Shown here: positions 24,876-34,280 of the stretch, one piece after another
Position numbering within the stretch: position 1 is the stretch's first letter
Layout: every line of letters begins with the position of its first letter
Origin: a virus
Taxonomy: Duplodnaviria; Caudoviricetes
Length of the DNA stretch: 50,496 bases
Strand: one strand, 5' to 3'
IMG/VR virus record: IMGVR_UViG_3300020235_000070
Span: 1 to 50,496 of that record
Translations under genes and position numbers: made by a program
The notes under the pieces: model-generated
Database searches by the model: none
Told to the model about the DNA's origin: nothing
Seen by the model: the letters and a program-made list of their open reading frames with translations, nothing else

Positions 24876-24905
24876 TTGACAAACATCGGTACTGCACCTT
24901 ATTAT
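24876..24905 (+). promoter_or_regulatory. Sigma70-type promoter for the structural operon
   Basis: TTGACA-18 bp-TATTAT with an AT-rich upstream region. Confidence 0.7.
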
Positions 24906-24973
24906 AGGGGGTGATTAGAGGGGGAGGAAAGGGAAGGCATCCCCGTAAAAGCCCGTATACTTTTGGAGATACC

Positions 24974-25114
24974 ATGCCAAGTCACTCAGAACTAGAAAGG
25001 GCTAAAAGACGGAGGCCCGCTCGGTCTAGTACAAAGGGTAGGAGTTCGCCTAGGAAAGCAAAGGGTGGGTCGCCAGTTAGAAGCAAGAGAGCCGCTAAAA
25101 GAGGCAGGAGATAA
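24974..25114 (+). CDS. Protamine-like Arg/Lys/Ser-rich peptide (46 aa)
   Basis: GGAG RBS; MPSHSELERAKRRRPARSSTKGRSSPRK... Confidence 0.6.
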   Translation: MPSHSELERAKRRRPARSSTKGRSSPRKAKGGSPVRSKRAAKRGRR

Positions 25115-25116
25115 AC

Positions 25117-25473
25117 ATGGCAAGAGGCCAGCCGATTGATCTGGGTTCGCTGGTAATTCCCCAGGATCAGCAAGAGAGTAGTTTTATAGATTTTAGGAAG
25201 AAGCCGCTAAGGGGAATTATTATCTTTGCGCCATTGGAATTGAATGGGGCGGTTACTATGGAGGTGAGTGGAAATTTCTTTTTACAGTTGTCGAATCCAG
25301 AATTGATTACCTGGCAGAAACTACAATCTGGTGGGCAAAATATTCCGGTAGGTGCGAATCAGGCGGTGCCGTTGGACTTTGTAGGGTGGGATGCATTTAG
25401 GCTTGTATCGAATCAGGCTGGTGGAGAGAGTGTGGAGAGAGTCTTTGTGGTTAAGGGGGTAGAGGAATTATGA
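25117..25473 (+). CDS. Putative beta-rich virion protein
   Basis: 118 aa, AGGAG RBS. Confidence 0.6.
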   Translation: MARGQPIDLGSLVIPQDQQESSFIDFRKKPLRGIIIFAPLELNGAVTMEVSGNFFLQLSNPELITWQKLQSGGQNIPVGANQAVPLDFVGWDAFRLVSNQAGGESVERVFVVKGVEEL

Positions 25474-25748
25474 GCCTAGTCGAATGGTTCAAAGCGTGGA
25501 GAAGGGGGGAAAAGCGTGTGGGACCAAAAGGAGCAAGGGGACGGGTTTTTACTAAGAAGCATTATGTAGAGCCGACTGTGGGATATGCGAAGCCCAAGAG
25601 TGGAGGAGTCCCCGCAAAAACAGAGCCGATAGGTCAGATTTCTGCTAGGGTTTGGAGAGCTGATAAAGGTGAGTGGGAAGATCATGGAGTTATATCAAGA
25701 GGTCCACTGAAGGACGGTGTTATACAGAATCAGAAGGGGGAGAAATAA
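25470..25748 (+). CDS. Hypothetical protein
   Basis: 92 aa, ATGA coupling. Confidence 0.65.
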   Translation: MSLVEWFKAWRRGEKRVGPKGARGRVFTKKHYVEPTVGYAKPKSGGVPAKTEPIGQISARVWRADKGEWEDHGVISRGPLKDGVIQNQKGEK

Positions 25749-25751
25749 AAC

Positions 25752-26129
25752 ATGGCTACAATCTACACGGATGTAGGGGAGGCAAAGGTTGTAGATATTA
25801 TCGACGGATCTGCTTCTTCTCCCGTAGATATTGGAACGGGAAATAACTTCATAGCGTGGGGAACTGGAGGTGGGACGGCGGTTAAAGGGAGTACAACGCT
25901 TTTTACTGAAGCTGCCGAGGCCAGAGTTGGTGGAACAGTTACTCAGCCATCTGCGGATATTAACCAGTGGGTAGCGGAGATTACTTCTGCTTCTGGTCAG
26001 ACGATTACAAACGCTGGATTGTTTGATGCGTCAAGTAGTGGAGTCTTGGTTATTCATGGAGACTTTACTGGGATTGTTCTAAACACTTCAGATAAGATTG
26101 AGTTCACTATCTCTCTAGAACAAACATGA
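25752..26129 (+). CDS. Virion structural protein (tail-fibre N-terminal/collar-like domain)
   Basis: IAWGTG..A..GSTTL..E...TITNAGLFDA...DKIEFT pattern. Confidence 0.6.
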   Translation: MATIYTDVGEAKVVDIIDGSASSPVDIGTGNNFIAWGTGGGTAVKGSTTLFTEAAEARVGGTVTQPSADINQWVAEITSASGQTITNAGLFDASSSGVLVIHGDFTGIVLNTSDKIEFTISLEQT

Positions 26130-26332
26130 GTATTAGCATTGAGCAGCGGAAGGATGTAGTCTGGCACGAGTATCAGATACATGAGCAGCACCGCTGTTTG
26201 CTGCGGGTGATGGCAAAGCACTTAAATGCCATGCAGAGTCCAGCCAAACCACCTATCACGGAGGAGACTATACTCCAAGAAATGCTGGACGATATTGTTG
26301 AGCCACCACCTGACGAGATTCCGCGTGGCTAA
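26126..26332 (+). CDS. Hypothetical protein
   Basis: 68 aa, coupled on both sides. Confidence 0.6.
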   Translation: MSISIEQRKDVVWHEYQIHEQHRCLLRVMAKHLNAMQSPAKPPITEETILQEMLDDIVEPPPDEIPRG

Positions 26333-28743
26333 TGTCAGATATTCTCGTCAACAAGGTCAGTTCCTCGGCACAAACTAGTACCGACAGTTGGGTAGACGTA
26401 ACTGATCTGGTTCAATCGTCAGTAACGGTAGACAGCACCGATGATGTGCTGCTGCTGATTGCCACCATCTCCATAGATCAAAGCAATTCCAACGACGATT
26501 GTATCACCCTGCGCTTCGCAGTTGATGATGTGCGGGAAGGTCCAGAGATTGCAATGTTCAAGGACGAAACGAATGGCGGCTGCGGAGCCGCTATCTGTTG
26601 GGCGCTGACGGGAATCAGCGGTAGTCACAAGTTCGCTCTCCAGATGCAGAGCAGGGGCAGCAAACATGGTGACCTGGATACTGGTAGGGTTCGCAGCTTC
26701 CAGGTAATTGCGATCACCGATGCCACCATCCTAGTCAACAAAACCTCCTTGGCATCAGACACCGTTGGCGCAACTTGGTCCGACATCGCTGGTCTGACGG
26801 ATACTCAGACTGTTACGGCAGGAAGCATCTTGTTGCTCCTCGGAAATATGATGGGGACGCTAGATGGCGGTGAGTGGGTATATCGGCAACGCTTCACCGT
26901 AGGCGGATCGTTTGAAGGCCCTGATATGTCGTGCTTTAAGGACAACTCCAATGAGGGTTGCGGCCAGAGCATGATGTGGATGAAATCCGGCATTTCTGGC
27001 AGTACAGCTTTTGCCCTCCAATGGGAGAATATCAGTGGGGACGCAACCGCAGACGTTAATAGGGTCAGGAGTCTGCAAGTCATTGAGATCACCGCTAATG
27101 CCAACCTACCATTCACACCAGCAGTAAGTCAGGCAGCAGACGGACTGACCTCCTCCTATACGGATATAGCGGGCATGACAGGCTCGTTTACCGTGGACGG
27201 GACAGGCAGCATCCTAATCATAGCAGCGGGAGTTTCTCCTGTCGCCGACGGACAAGATGAATGTGGCTCCTACAGGATTTACGATGGCTCGACAGGAGAG
27301 GGGCCTGAGAATTACTGTTTTAGTGATACCACTGACGAATCCTGTGGGCACAGTGTCTATTGGGCAGTTACGGGCAAGTCCGGTTCTCATACCTTCACGA
27401 CCAGGGGCCTGAATGTTCAAGGCGTAGTGAATATGGAGACAGGCCGCAATCGCAGCTTCTGTATACTGGAGCTAACGGTAGCGGCAGGTGGTGCGACATT
27501 TTTCAAAGTAATACCGGCGACGGCAATAGGGGTAGGGGTTCTTGGTAGTACAACTACATTTGCCAGAACACTACCAGCCACAACTATTGGCACTCCAGTA
27601 GTTGCAACTATTAAGACTGGGATTCAGGCACTTTTAGCTACAGCAATAGGAGTAGCTACTGTAAATACAGCTTCATCGTTCTTTAGAACCCTATCAGCTA
27701 CGGCAATAGCTGTGCCGGTTTTACTGAAAAAGATGTTTGTTACACTTGCAGCAACTTCTATAGGCACAGCAGTATTAGTAACAATTAAGTCAATTTTACA
27801 GACTTTAGCAGCCACAGCAATAGGAGTAGCAACTCTCAATACAATATCTACACATCTTAGAACTCTTGTGGCTACGGCAACTGGTACGGCTACATTAAAT
27901 ACCGTATCGACATTCTTCAGGACTCTGGCAGCTACGGCTGTAGGATCTGCTGCTTTAGTTAAGAAGATGTTCGTGACTTTGACAGCTACCGCTGTTGGGG
28001 TTGCAACAATAGTAGCAGTTAAGTTTTTCAGTGTAGCTCTGGCAGCAGTTTCTACTGGTGTGGCGACTTTAGGTACGATTGCTACACATCTCAGAACATT
28101 AGCTGCTACGGCTATAGGAATAGCTACATTAACTAGGATTAATACGTTTGTAAGAACCTTAGCCGCTACAGCCGTAGGTTCAGCAACATTAGTAAAGAAA
28201 ATGTTTGTAACCATTACCGCTAGGTCGATGGGGATTGCGACTCTCGTAGCAGTTAAGTTCTTTAATGTAACTATGGCTGCTACAGCAGTTGGCGTAGCGG
28301 TGTTAGGAAGGATTGTAACAAATGTACAAGCTCTGATTGCTACGGCAGTTGGAATTGTTACACTTAATACGATTAGAACAGCTTTCGTGACTCTGGCTGT
28401 AATAGCGGTGGGTGTTCCGTCTTTAGTCAAGAGGATGTTTGTCACGCTGGTAGTTATAGCGGTTGTAAATCCGATCTTAGAAGCAACCAAGTTCTTCAGT
28501 GTTCTACTAGCTGCAATAGCTACAGGGGTTGTAACATTAAATACCAGGATCTCATTTACTAAGACTCTAGCGGCAACGGCTGTAGGTGTAGCTACGTTAG
28601 CTCAGAGATTAACCCTAAGTCTATTACTGATAGTTATAGCTGTAGGAGTTGCAGGACTCACAGCATTTCAGATATTTCCAAAACTAGCTGGAAAGCTAAC
28701 AAGGATAGCATCACGATTTACTTCCTCAGGGGAAATAACATAA
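26332..28743 (+). CDS. Large fibre/adhesin-like virion protein: three ~128-aa beta-sandwich repeats plus an 18-20 aa repeat stalk
   Basis: Three internal repeats sharing EGP...F.D...CG...W...G.SGS..F...RS; TLAATAVG.ATL-type repeats. Confidence 0.75.
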   Translation: MSDILVNKVSSSAQTSTDSWVDVTDLVQSSVTVDSTDDVLLLIATISIDQSNSNDDCITLRFAVDDVREGPEIAMFKDETNGGCGAAICWALTGISGSHKFALQMQSRGSKHGDLDTGRVRSFQVIAITDATILVNKTSLASDTVGATWSDIAGLTDTQTVTAGSILLLLGNMMGTLDGGEWVYRQRFTVGGSFEGPDMSCFKDNSNEGCGQSMMWMKSGISGSTAFALQWENISGDATADVNRVRSLQVIEITANANLPFTPAVSQAADGLTSSYTDIAGMTGSFTVDGTGSILIIAAGVSPVADGQDECGSYRIYDGSTGEGPENYCFSDTTDESCGHSVYWAVTGKSGSHTFTTRGLNVQGVVNMETGRNRSFCILELTVAAGGATFFKVIPATAIGVGVLGSTTTFARTLPATTIGTPVVATIKTGIQALLATAIGVATVNTASSFFRTLSATAIAVPVLLKKMFVTLAATSIGTAVLVTIKSILQTLAATAIGVATLNTISTHLRTLVATATGTATLNTVSTFFRTLAATAVGSAALVKKMFVTLTATAVGVATIVAVKFFSVALAAVSTGVATLGTIATHLRTLAATAIGIATLTRINTFVRTLAATAVGSATLVKKMFVTITARSMGIATLVAVKFFNVTMAATAVGVAVLGRIVTNVQALIATAVGIVTLNTIRTAFVTLAVIAVGVPSLVKRMFVTLVVIAVVNPILEATKFFSVLLAAIATGVVTLNTRISFTKTLAATAVGVATLAQRLTLSLLLIVIAVGVAGLTAFQIFPKLAGKLTRIASRFTSSGEIT

Positions 28744-28795
28744 TGGGTGACGTGACGAGTGTTGGTAGGATTGGTAGAATCAGTTAGGGAGCATT

Positions 28796-29350
28796 ATGCC
28801 TACAAAGTTAATTAAGAACTGGTCTTTGAAACACGAAGCCGTCGTGCAGATGCGACTGGCTGGTTGGCCTGTTCCAGATATTGCTAAGGAGTGTAGATAT
28901 TCTAAGGTTAGGGTATCTCAGATTCTTGGTGATCCAAAGGCGAAGTTAGTTGTTGCAGAGACTATTGAAAGACTTCGCAGGAAGTCAGAGGAGCAACTTG
29001 AGGGGAAGATAATAGCACTCTCAGGAGATGCATTAGATCGTCTTGGTGAGACTATTAGACATGAGGATTTCCTACTCGGATCTGACGCAAAGAAACATCA
29101 AGATAACCTTAGCCTAGGGTTTTTACGTGGGGCTGGTGTTTTGAATGGTATGGAGAATGGGGCTAGAGATACAGTTGAGAAAAAGGCTCCTATAGATGCA
29201 TCTTTGTCTAAGAGACTTGTAGAGGCTTTGGAAGAATCCAACAAAGCTGATAAACTCAGGATACTCAAAGTAAGAGAGGACGCAAAGGAAAAAGAGGAAA
29301 TAGATGAACAGATTAAAGAAGCTGACTTTGAAATTGTGGAAGTAAAATGA
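28796..29350 (+). CDS. terS: Terminase small subunit (putative)
   Basis: N-terminal HTH (DIAKECRYSKVRVSQIL) and a helical body; directly upstream of TerL. Confidence 0.65.
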   Translation: MPTKLIKNWSLKHEAVVQMRLAGWPVPDIAKECRYSKVRVSQILGDPKAKLVVAETIERLRRKSEEQLEGKIIALSGDALDRLGETIRHEDFLLGSDAKKHQDNLSLGFLRGAGVLNGMENGARDTVEKKAPIDASLSKRLVEALEESNKADKLRILKVREDAKEKEEIDEQIKEADFEIVEVK

Positions 29351-30999
29351 ACGATCTAGGGGGATTTGGCGATCTCTTTGATGAGGCTAGTATTACGGTC
29401 GCTAGGAGAAACGCTGAACATAAAGCTAGGGATTGGTCCTCCGACGATGTAGCTATGCTCAGGAGAAAGTGTAAGAATGATCTATTCTTTCTCGCTAGGG
29501 GACCACTAGAGTATACACGGCTATCTCCTAAGTTTCATGGGGATCTAACAGGGTGGATGGCTAGGACTAGGAACGAGCAGTATAAAATGACCCTGCTGGC
29601 TCGTGGTCATTACAAGTCTACTCTAAAGACTATTGCTGAAAGTATCCAGATGACCCTACCAAATGATGTAGGGATTTTAGAGCACCCATTCTGCCTAGGC
29701 ACAAATGCAACAATTCTCATATCCCACGAAGTTCGAGAGCGAGCCGCTGACTTCCTATTTGAAATTGCGGCAGCGTTTACTAGAAAGCCTGGAATGTTGG
29801 CCCTCTTCCCAGAGTGTATCCCAAATAAGAATCTGCAAAGAATCAACAAGTGGCAGTTGGAGCTACCTAGAACTGAGCACCCTAAAGAGGCCACATTTAA
29901 CACGATTGGAGCTGGAGGAGCTGCACAAGGTGGACACTTCAACTGGTTAATGCTAGATGACCTTATTGGGGAGAAAGCGCGGGACTCTGAGACTATTATG
30001 CGAACCAATCTTAATTGGTTTGATAATATCAATTCTCTACTTGGTGCTAGTGACTTTGAAATAGATGGGTGGGATTTGATCGGGACGCGATGGGCGTATA
30101 ACGATACCTATTCTCACGCTATGGAGAGGTATGGGATCAATCTAGAGACTTCTGTTCTTAATTGCATAGGGCCTAAAGAGATAGAGAAGTTTGGTGGTGG
30201 GCTATTGACTGTATATGCCCGTGGTGCTATTGAAAACAATCAACCCGTTTTTGGAGAACAGTTCACACTAGCTAAACTAGCAGTTCTGAGGAAGAATAGA
30301 CTAGTTTGGGCTGCTCAATATGCTAATAATCCCTCTGAAAGTGGTCTAAATGAGTTCCCTTGGAGATTAAAGTTCTACAATATGGACGCTAGGGAGAACA
30401 TTGTTGTATTTACAGGGGACGGGAGCTTTAGAAGGACCAAGAGTGAGTTGGATATATGCATATTAACAGATCCATCTATGGGAGAAACAACACATGCAGA
30501 TGAAACTGGTATTATGGTTGTCGGCGTTGACCATAAGTTCAATATATTTATACTGGAAACAATCAAGAAGAGGCTCCTTCCCCCCGCATATGTAGATGAG
30601 CTGTTTAGACTACACTTTAAGTACAACCCAAGAGTTATTACTATTGAGGAAGTTAACTTCTCCGCGATCTATAAGTATTGGATTGAGGAAAAGAGCAATA
30701 ACATGGGCGTCCACCCCCCTATTCGCCCCTATAAGCCCGGAAACACGCGATCTAAGCCTGCAAGAATTAGAGGGCTTTCCCACCTGTTTTCTGCGGGCCA
30801 AGTATACTGCCACGAGCAAATGCACGACTTTAGGGACGAATATGAGCAATTTCCTATGGGAAAATCAGAACATTTACTAGATGCGCTTGCTCAGGGTCCA
30901 GAATTCTGGAGAAAAGGCTTGAGTAGAGCTGAATTAGACCACCAACAGGACGTTGTGAATGAATTAATTGACGAGCGTTCTGAATTAACCGGATATTGA
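29347..30999 (+). CDS. terL: Terminase large subunit
   Basis: ARGHYKST Walker A, LMLDD Walker B, IGTRW, ILTDPS, IEE and EHLLDALA nuclease motifs. Confidence 0.93.
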   Translation: MNDLGGFGDLFDEASITVARRNAEHKARDWSSDDVAMLRRKCKNDLFFLARGPLEYTRLSPKFHGDLTGWMARTRNEQYKMTLLARGHYKSTLKTIAESIQMTLPNDVGILEHPFCLGTNATILISHEVRERAADFLFEIAAAFTRKPGMLALFPECIPNKNLQRINKWQLELPRTEHPKEATFNTIGAGGAAQGGHFNWLMLDDLIGEKARDSETIMRTNLNWFDNINSLLGASDFEIDGWDLIGTRWAYNDTYSHAMERYGINLETSVLNCIGPKEIEKFGGGLLTVYARGAIENNQPVFGEQFTLAKLAVLRKNRLVWAAQYANNPSESGLNEFPWRLKFYNMDARENIVVFTGDGSFRRTKSELDICILTDPSMGETTHADETGIMVVGVDHKFNIFILETIKKRLLPPAYVDELFRLHFKYNPRVITIEEVNFSAIYKYWIEEKSNNMGVHPPIRPYKPGNTRSKPARIRGLSHLFSAGQVYCHEQMHDFRDEYEQFPMGKSEHLLDALAQGPEFWRKGLSRAELDHQQDVVNELIDERSELTGY

Positions 31000-31289
31000 T
31001 AATGTCAGAGCCAGGAGAACTAAAAGATACGATTTCACAGGCTTTAGCCGTAGCTACAGATAGAATGAGCCCCCCTAGGGACGAACATAGTGATTATGCG
31101 ATGAGAAGATTGGAAGTAGCACAACTATTAGAGGATCTTACTGGAGATAAGATCAAGGCGCTGGAGGTTCTGAGGAGATTTGAGGCAGGACTTTGGGCTA
31201 CAGCACTATTGTATAACGAGAACGCTGCACAAGCCCATCAATCATTTGGTGTAGGATTCGACGCCTTTTGTAAAGAACTAAAAGCGTAA
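30996..31289 (+). CDS. Hypothetical protein
   Basis: About 95 aa ORF. Confidence 0.6.
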   Translation: MIMSEPGELKDTISQALAVATDRMSPPRDEHSDYAMRRLEVAQLLEDLTGDKIKALEVLRRFEAGLWATALLYNENAAQAHQSFGVGFDAFCKELKA

Positions 31290-31298
31290 GGAGATAGA

Positions 31299-31721
31299 AT
31301 GTTGTTACAGGTAATCCAAGAAATCGCACAATCTGTATCAGAGGAGGGCTTGCCTACTGGTGGTATAGTTGGTATATTCCTAGGTATGGCAGCGGTTTCT
31401 GTGTTTATGCTGGACCGGCTTGTATTCATCTTACAATCTCGTGGAATCATACCCACTAGAAAGGGTAACCCAAACGGACAACATAAACTAGGTGATCTTC
31501 ATAAGTGGTATACCCCAGATAAACCTGGAGGCGTACCTCCGTTTGTAACCTGGTTCGCGTTGGACGAGTTTCGTGAAACACAGACTAAGTTGGAGAGTGC
31601 AATCAAAAACAATACGGAAACGACTCAACTGCTGATCCAGACTCTACAGGTTATGCAGGAATCGTCAAATCTGAGAGATGAGCAAATCCAGAAGATAATC
31701 AGTAAGTTGGAAGCGGCTTAA
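31299..31721 (+). CDS. Membrane protein with a C-terminal coiled coil (holin/lysis-associated?)
   Basis: One TM segment plus a heptad-like tail; AAGGAG RBS. Confidence 0.5.
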   Translation: MLLQVIQEIAQSVSEEGLPTGGIVGIFLGMAAVSVFMLDRLVFILQSRGIIPTRKGNPNGQHKLGDLHKWYTPDKPGGVPPFVTWFALDEFRETQTKLESAIKNNTETTQLLIQTLQVMQESSNLRDEQIQKIISKLEAA

Positions 31722-31731
31722 GGGGGATTCT

Positions 31732-32007
31732 ATGAGTTTCTTAGACATGCTATTTCCTATACTACTAGGTGTAGGAACACAACAGATATTTGGTGGAATC
31801 AAGAAAGTCTCAAAGCTCGTTGATCGACTTCCAGCTCCATTCCAGCAACTTAGTGTTGTAGTTATCGCAGCAGGAGTTACTTGGGGATCTCAGTATATAC
31901 CAGGTTTAGATCAAATCATAAGTATGGCTGATCCTAGCCTAGCAGCATCCATTAGTGCAGCTACCGCGTTTGGTGTTCATCGTCCGAGCAGGTTGAGGGA
32001 GAAATAA
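31732..32007 (+). CDS. Putative holin
   Basis: 91 aa, 2-3 hydrophobic segments, basic C-terminus. Confidence 0.5.
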   Translation: MSFLDMLFPILLGVGTQQIFGGIKKVSKLVDRLPAPFQQLSVVVIAAGVTWGSQYIPGLDQIISMADPSLAASISAATAFGVHRPSRLREK

Positions 32008-32008
32008 G

Positions 32009-33979
32009 GTGACAAACGCTTTAGTCTATGATGCAGCATATAGGGGTGATGTTGCAATCCAAGGACCAGAGGAAGTATCCTTTGATGATGTAGGTATCAG
32101 AGGGAACTGGCCTAGGATGATTAAGTTGGAAAAGGATGTAGAAGAAAATCTTAGGTTGTGGATAGATTCAGAGATAGAAGCATTTAATCTAGAAAGAGCA
32201 GATATTCTAGAAGATTGGATCACATGGCAGAAGCTCTATTGGGCAGAGCCACTTAAGAAAGTCAAGAACTTTCCCTTTAAGAAAGCTGCGAATGTTGTCA
32301 TACCTCTAGCTGCGATTGCTGTAGAAGCATTTCAAGCTAGGATTATGAACACATTGTTTTCAGTCGAACCATTCTGGTCTATCAGACCTAGGGCCAAAGA
32401 ATGGATTATGGCTGCAAAGCCTTTCGAGAAGTATCTCCAATCTGAGGTTGAGAACGGTGAGACTCTAAGGACTTATGAGTTTTGTAACGAGACTACGACG
32501 GAGTTGGTTAAGCTTGGGACTTGTGTTGGTAAGACAGGATACGAGAAGCTAACTAAAAAGAGTAAGCGGCATGTAGGTGGTGAAGATCAGGATTTCTATG
32601 TAACGGTTAAGAATGGCCCAACTATGGGTAGAGTTCCTCTAGCTAATTTCTTTATGAGGTTCTCTGAGTTAGATCCTGATACTGCACCGTTGGTGGGAGA
32701 AAAGCACAGGTTCTCCTGGGGCCAATTAAAGAGGTTTGCTGGTGATGGTAGGATGCGGAAGGAAGAAATTGAGAAGATCAAAGAGTTTTGGGTAGATAGG
32801 ATAAACCCAAGTGCAGAACCTAACGATGGGGATGTACTTGCTAGGGAGATAGATAAGCTTGCAAACACTGAGCCTATGTGGACTCAGGAGTTTGAGGTAT
32901 ATGAGTTCTGGTGCTCATTTGATGTAGATGAAGATGGCATAAATGAAGAGATCGTAATTGATTATCATAAAGAGAGTAGGCGTTTTCTATCTATACGGTA
33001 TAATTGGTATGATGATCTTCATAGGCCGTATGACATCTGTAATTTTATTAATGTGGAAGGGATTTGGCCTGGAATAGGACTGTGTAAGACTACGCAGCAA
33101 TTTCAGGAAGAAGTTACGACCATCCACAGGCAGAGACTAGATAATGCGACTCTTGCTAATATGGCCCAGATTGTTCTTAAGAAAGGCATGGGCTATGGAC
33201 CCGGTGAGCCAGTCTTTCCAGGCAAGATGTGGTTCGTTGATGATCCGACTAAGGATATACGAGAATTCAAACTTTCAGAAATATACCCTTCTGCTTTTAA
33301 CAACGAAGAAAGTCTCGTCAGATGGTTTGAGAAGAGGACAGGCGTTAATGAGGTTGTCCTTGGAATTCCACAAGAAGGAACGCCGGGAACCGCTACATCT
33401 GATCTGACCAGACTTGCGGAGGGTAATAAGAAGTTTGATCTCGTGATGAAGAATATTAAACGGTGGCTTGGGGCCATTGGAGTAAATGTTGTAACGAATT
33501 ACCAGTTGTTTGGTAATCAGAATGTACACTGGTTGGTTTTGGGTGAGGACGGAGTATGGGTTGATGCTATATTAAATATGCCTGGTATTCTAATCAGGCG
33601 GGGTGCGGTTATAGAGTTAACTGTTACAGATTCTATAACTAATAGGGATGTAGAGCAGCAACAGTGGATGAGCCTATTCCAACTTATTACGAATTACTAT
33701 CGGAGCGTGGCAGAACTGGCGCAGTTGCTTGGACCAGAAGTATTTGGTACAGTTGTGCAGAAAGCTCTTATATCGTCCGACGAAGCTCTTAGACGGCTTC
33801 TTGATACATTCGGTATCACTGATTCGGACAGATTTTCCCTAGTATCGGAGCCACCTAATGCAAACGGAGACAATCCACAGGGAGCACCCGCCGGGCCTGG
33901 AGCCATTGGACCGACTGGAGGAGGTGGAGCTACAGCGCCTAATAGACTTAGTGGGGATGCCGGGGTGGGCAATATTTAG
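32009..33979 (+). CDS. Portal protein
   Basis: 656 aa after TerL; KLGTCVGK, GIGL, RQRLDN, RTGV..V.LG...TAT pattern of P22-like portals. Confidence 0.88.
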   Translation: MTNALVYDAAYRGDVAIQGPEEVSFDDVGIRGNWPRMIKLEKDVEENLRLWIDSEIEAFNLERADILEDWITWQKLYWAEPLKKVKNFPFKKAANVVIPLAAIAVEAFQARIMNTLFSVEPFWSIRPRAKEWIMAAKPFEKYLQSEVENGETLRTYEFCNETTTELVKLGTCVGKTGYEKLTKKSKRHVGGEDQDFYVTVKNGPTMGRVPLANFFMRFSELDPDTAPLVGEKHRFSWGQLKRFAGDGRMRKEEIEKIKEFWVDRINPSAEPNDGDVLAREIDKLANTEPMWTQEFEVYEFWCSFDVDEDGINEEIVIDYHKESRRFLSIRYNWYDDLHRPYDICNFINVEGIWPGIGLCKTTQQFQEEVTTIHRQRLDNATLANMAQIVLKKGMGYGPGEPVFPGKMWFVDDPTKDIREFKLSEIYPSAFNNEESLVRWFEKRTGVNEVVLGIPQEGTPGTATSDLTRLAEGNKKFDLVMKNIKRWLGAIGVNVVTNYQLFGNQNVHWLVLGEDGVWVDAILNMPGILIRRGAVIELTVTDSITNRDVEQQQWMSLFQLITNYYRSVAELAQLLGPEVFGTVVQKALISSDEALRRLLDTFGITDSDRFSLVSEPPNANGDNPQGAPAGPGAIGPTGGGGATAPNRLSGDAGVGNI

Positions 33980-34280
33980 ACGAATAATGGATGATTTTCA
34001 TGTTGGCCTTCTTTCACAGAACGCTTCAACACCAGACGAAGCTCTTGCGAAAGTAAAAACTGAGGAGGGATTTGGCCTTGCCCTCTACCTAATCTCTAGG
34101 GTTTCTAGTCGAAAGGAGATCAATTATGGTGAAGATGCCGTGGGACAAGGAAAAGAAAGAGGACAAAGAAAGTACGTCGAAAACATCAGCAGGGGACTTG
34201 GATTTGGGGGACGACAAGAAAGACCCACCGAAGAAGGTGGAGACGATTACAGATCCGCCCCCAACTCCTACGGGAACTGA
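33858..34280 (+). CDS. Small head-module protein overlapping the portal and scaffold genes
   Basis: L..LVGMPGWAIF pattern typical of the gene following P22-like portals; GGAG RBS. Confidence 0.5.
   Translation: MQTETIHREHPPGLEPLDRLEEVELQRLIDLVGMPGWAIFRRIMDDFHVGLLSQNASTPDEALAKVKTEEGFGLALYLISRVSSRKEINYGEDAVGQGKERGQRKYVENISRGLGFGGRQERPTEEGGDDYRSAPNSYGN

Noticed and set aside
27624-28490. 288-aa antisense ORF and other long opposite-strand ORFs (e.g. 9266-9958, 6733-7413)
   Set aside because: These are shadows of real genes on the other strand, with no RBS or motifs.
26332-28743. Diversity-generating retroelement target
   Set aside because: There is no reverse transcriptase, and I saw no template/variable repeat pair differing at adenines.
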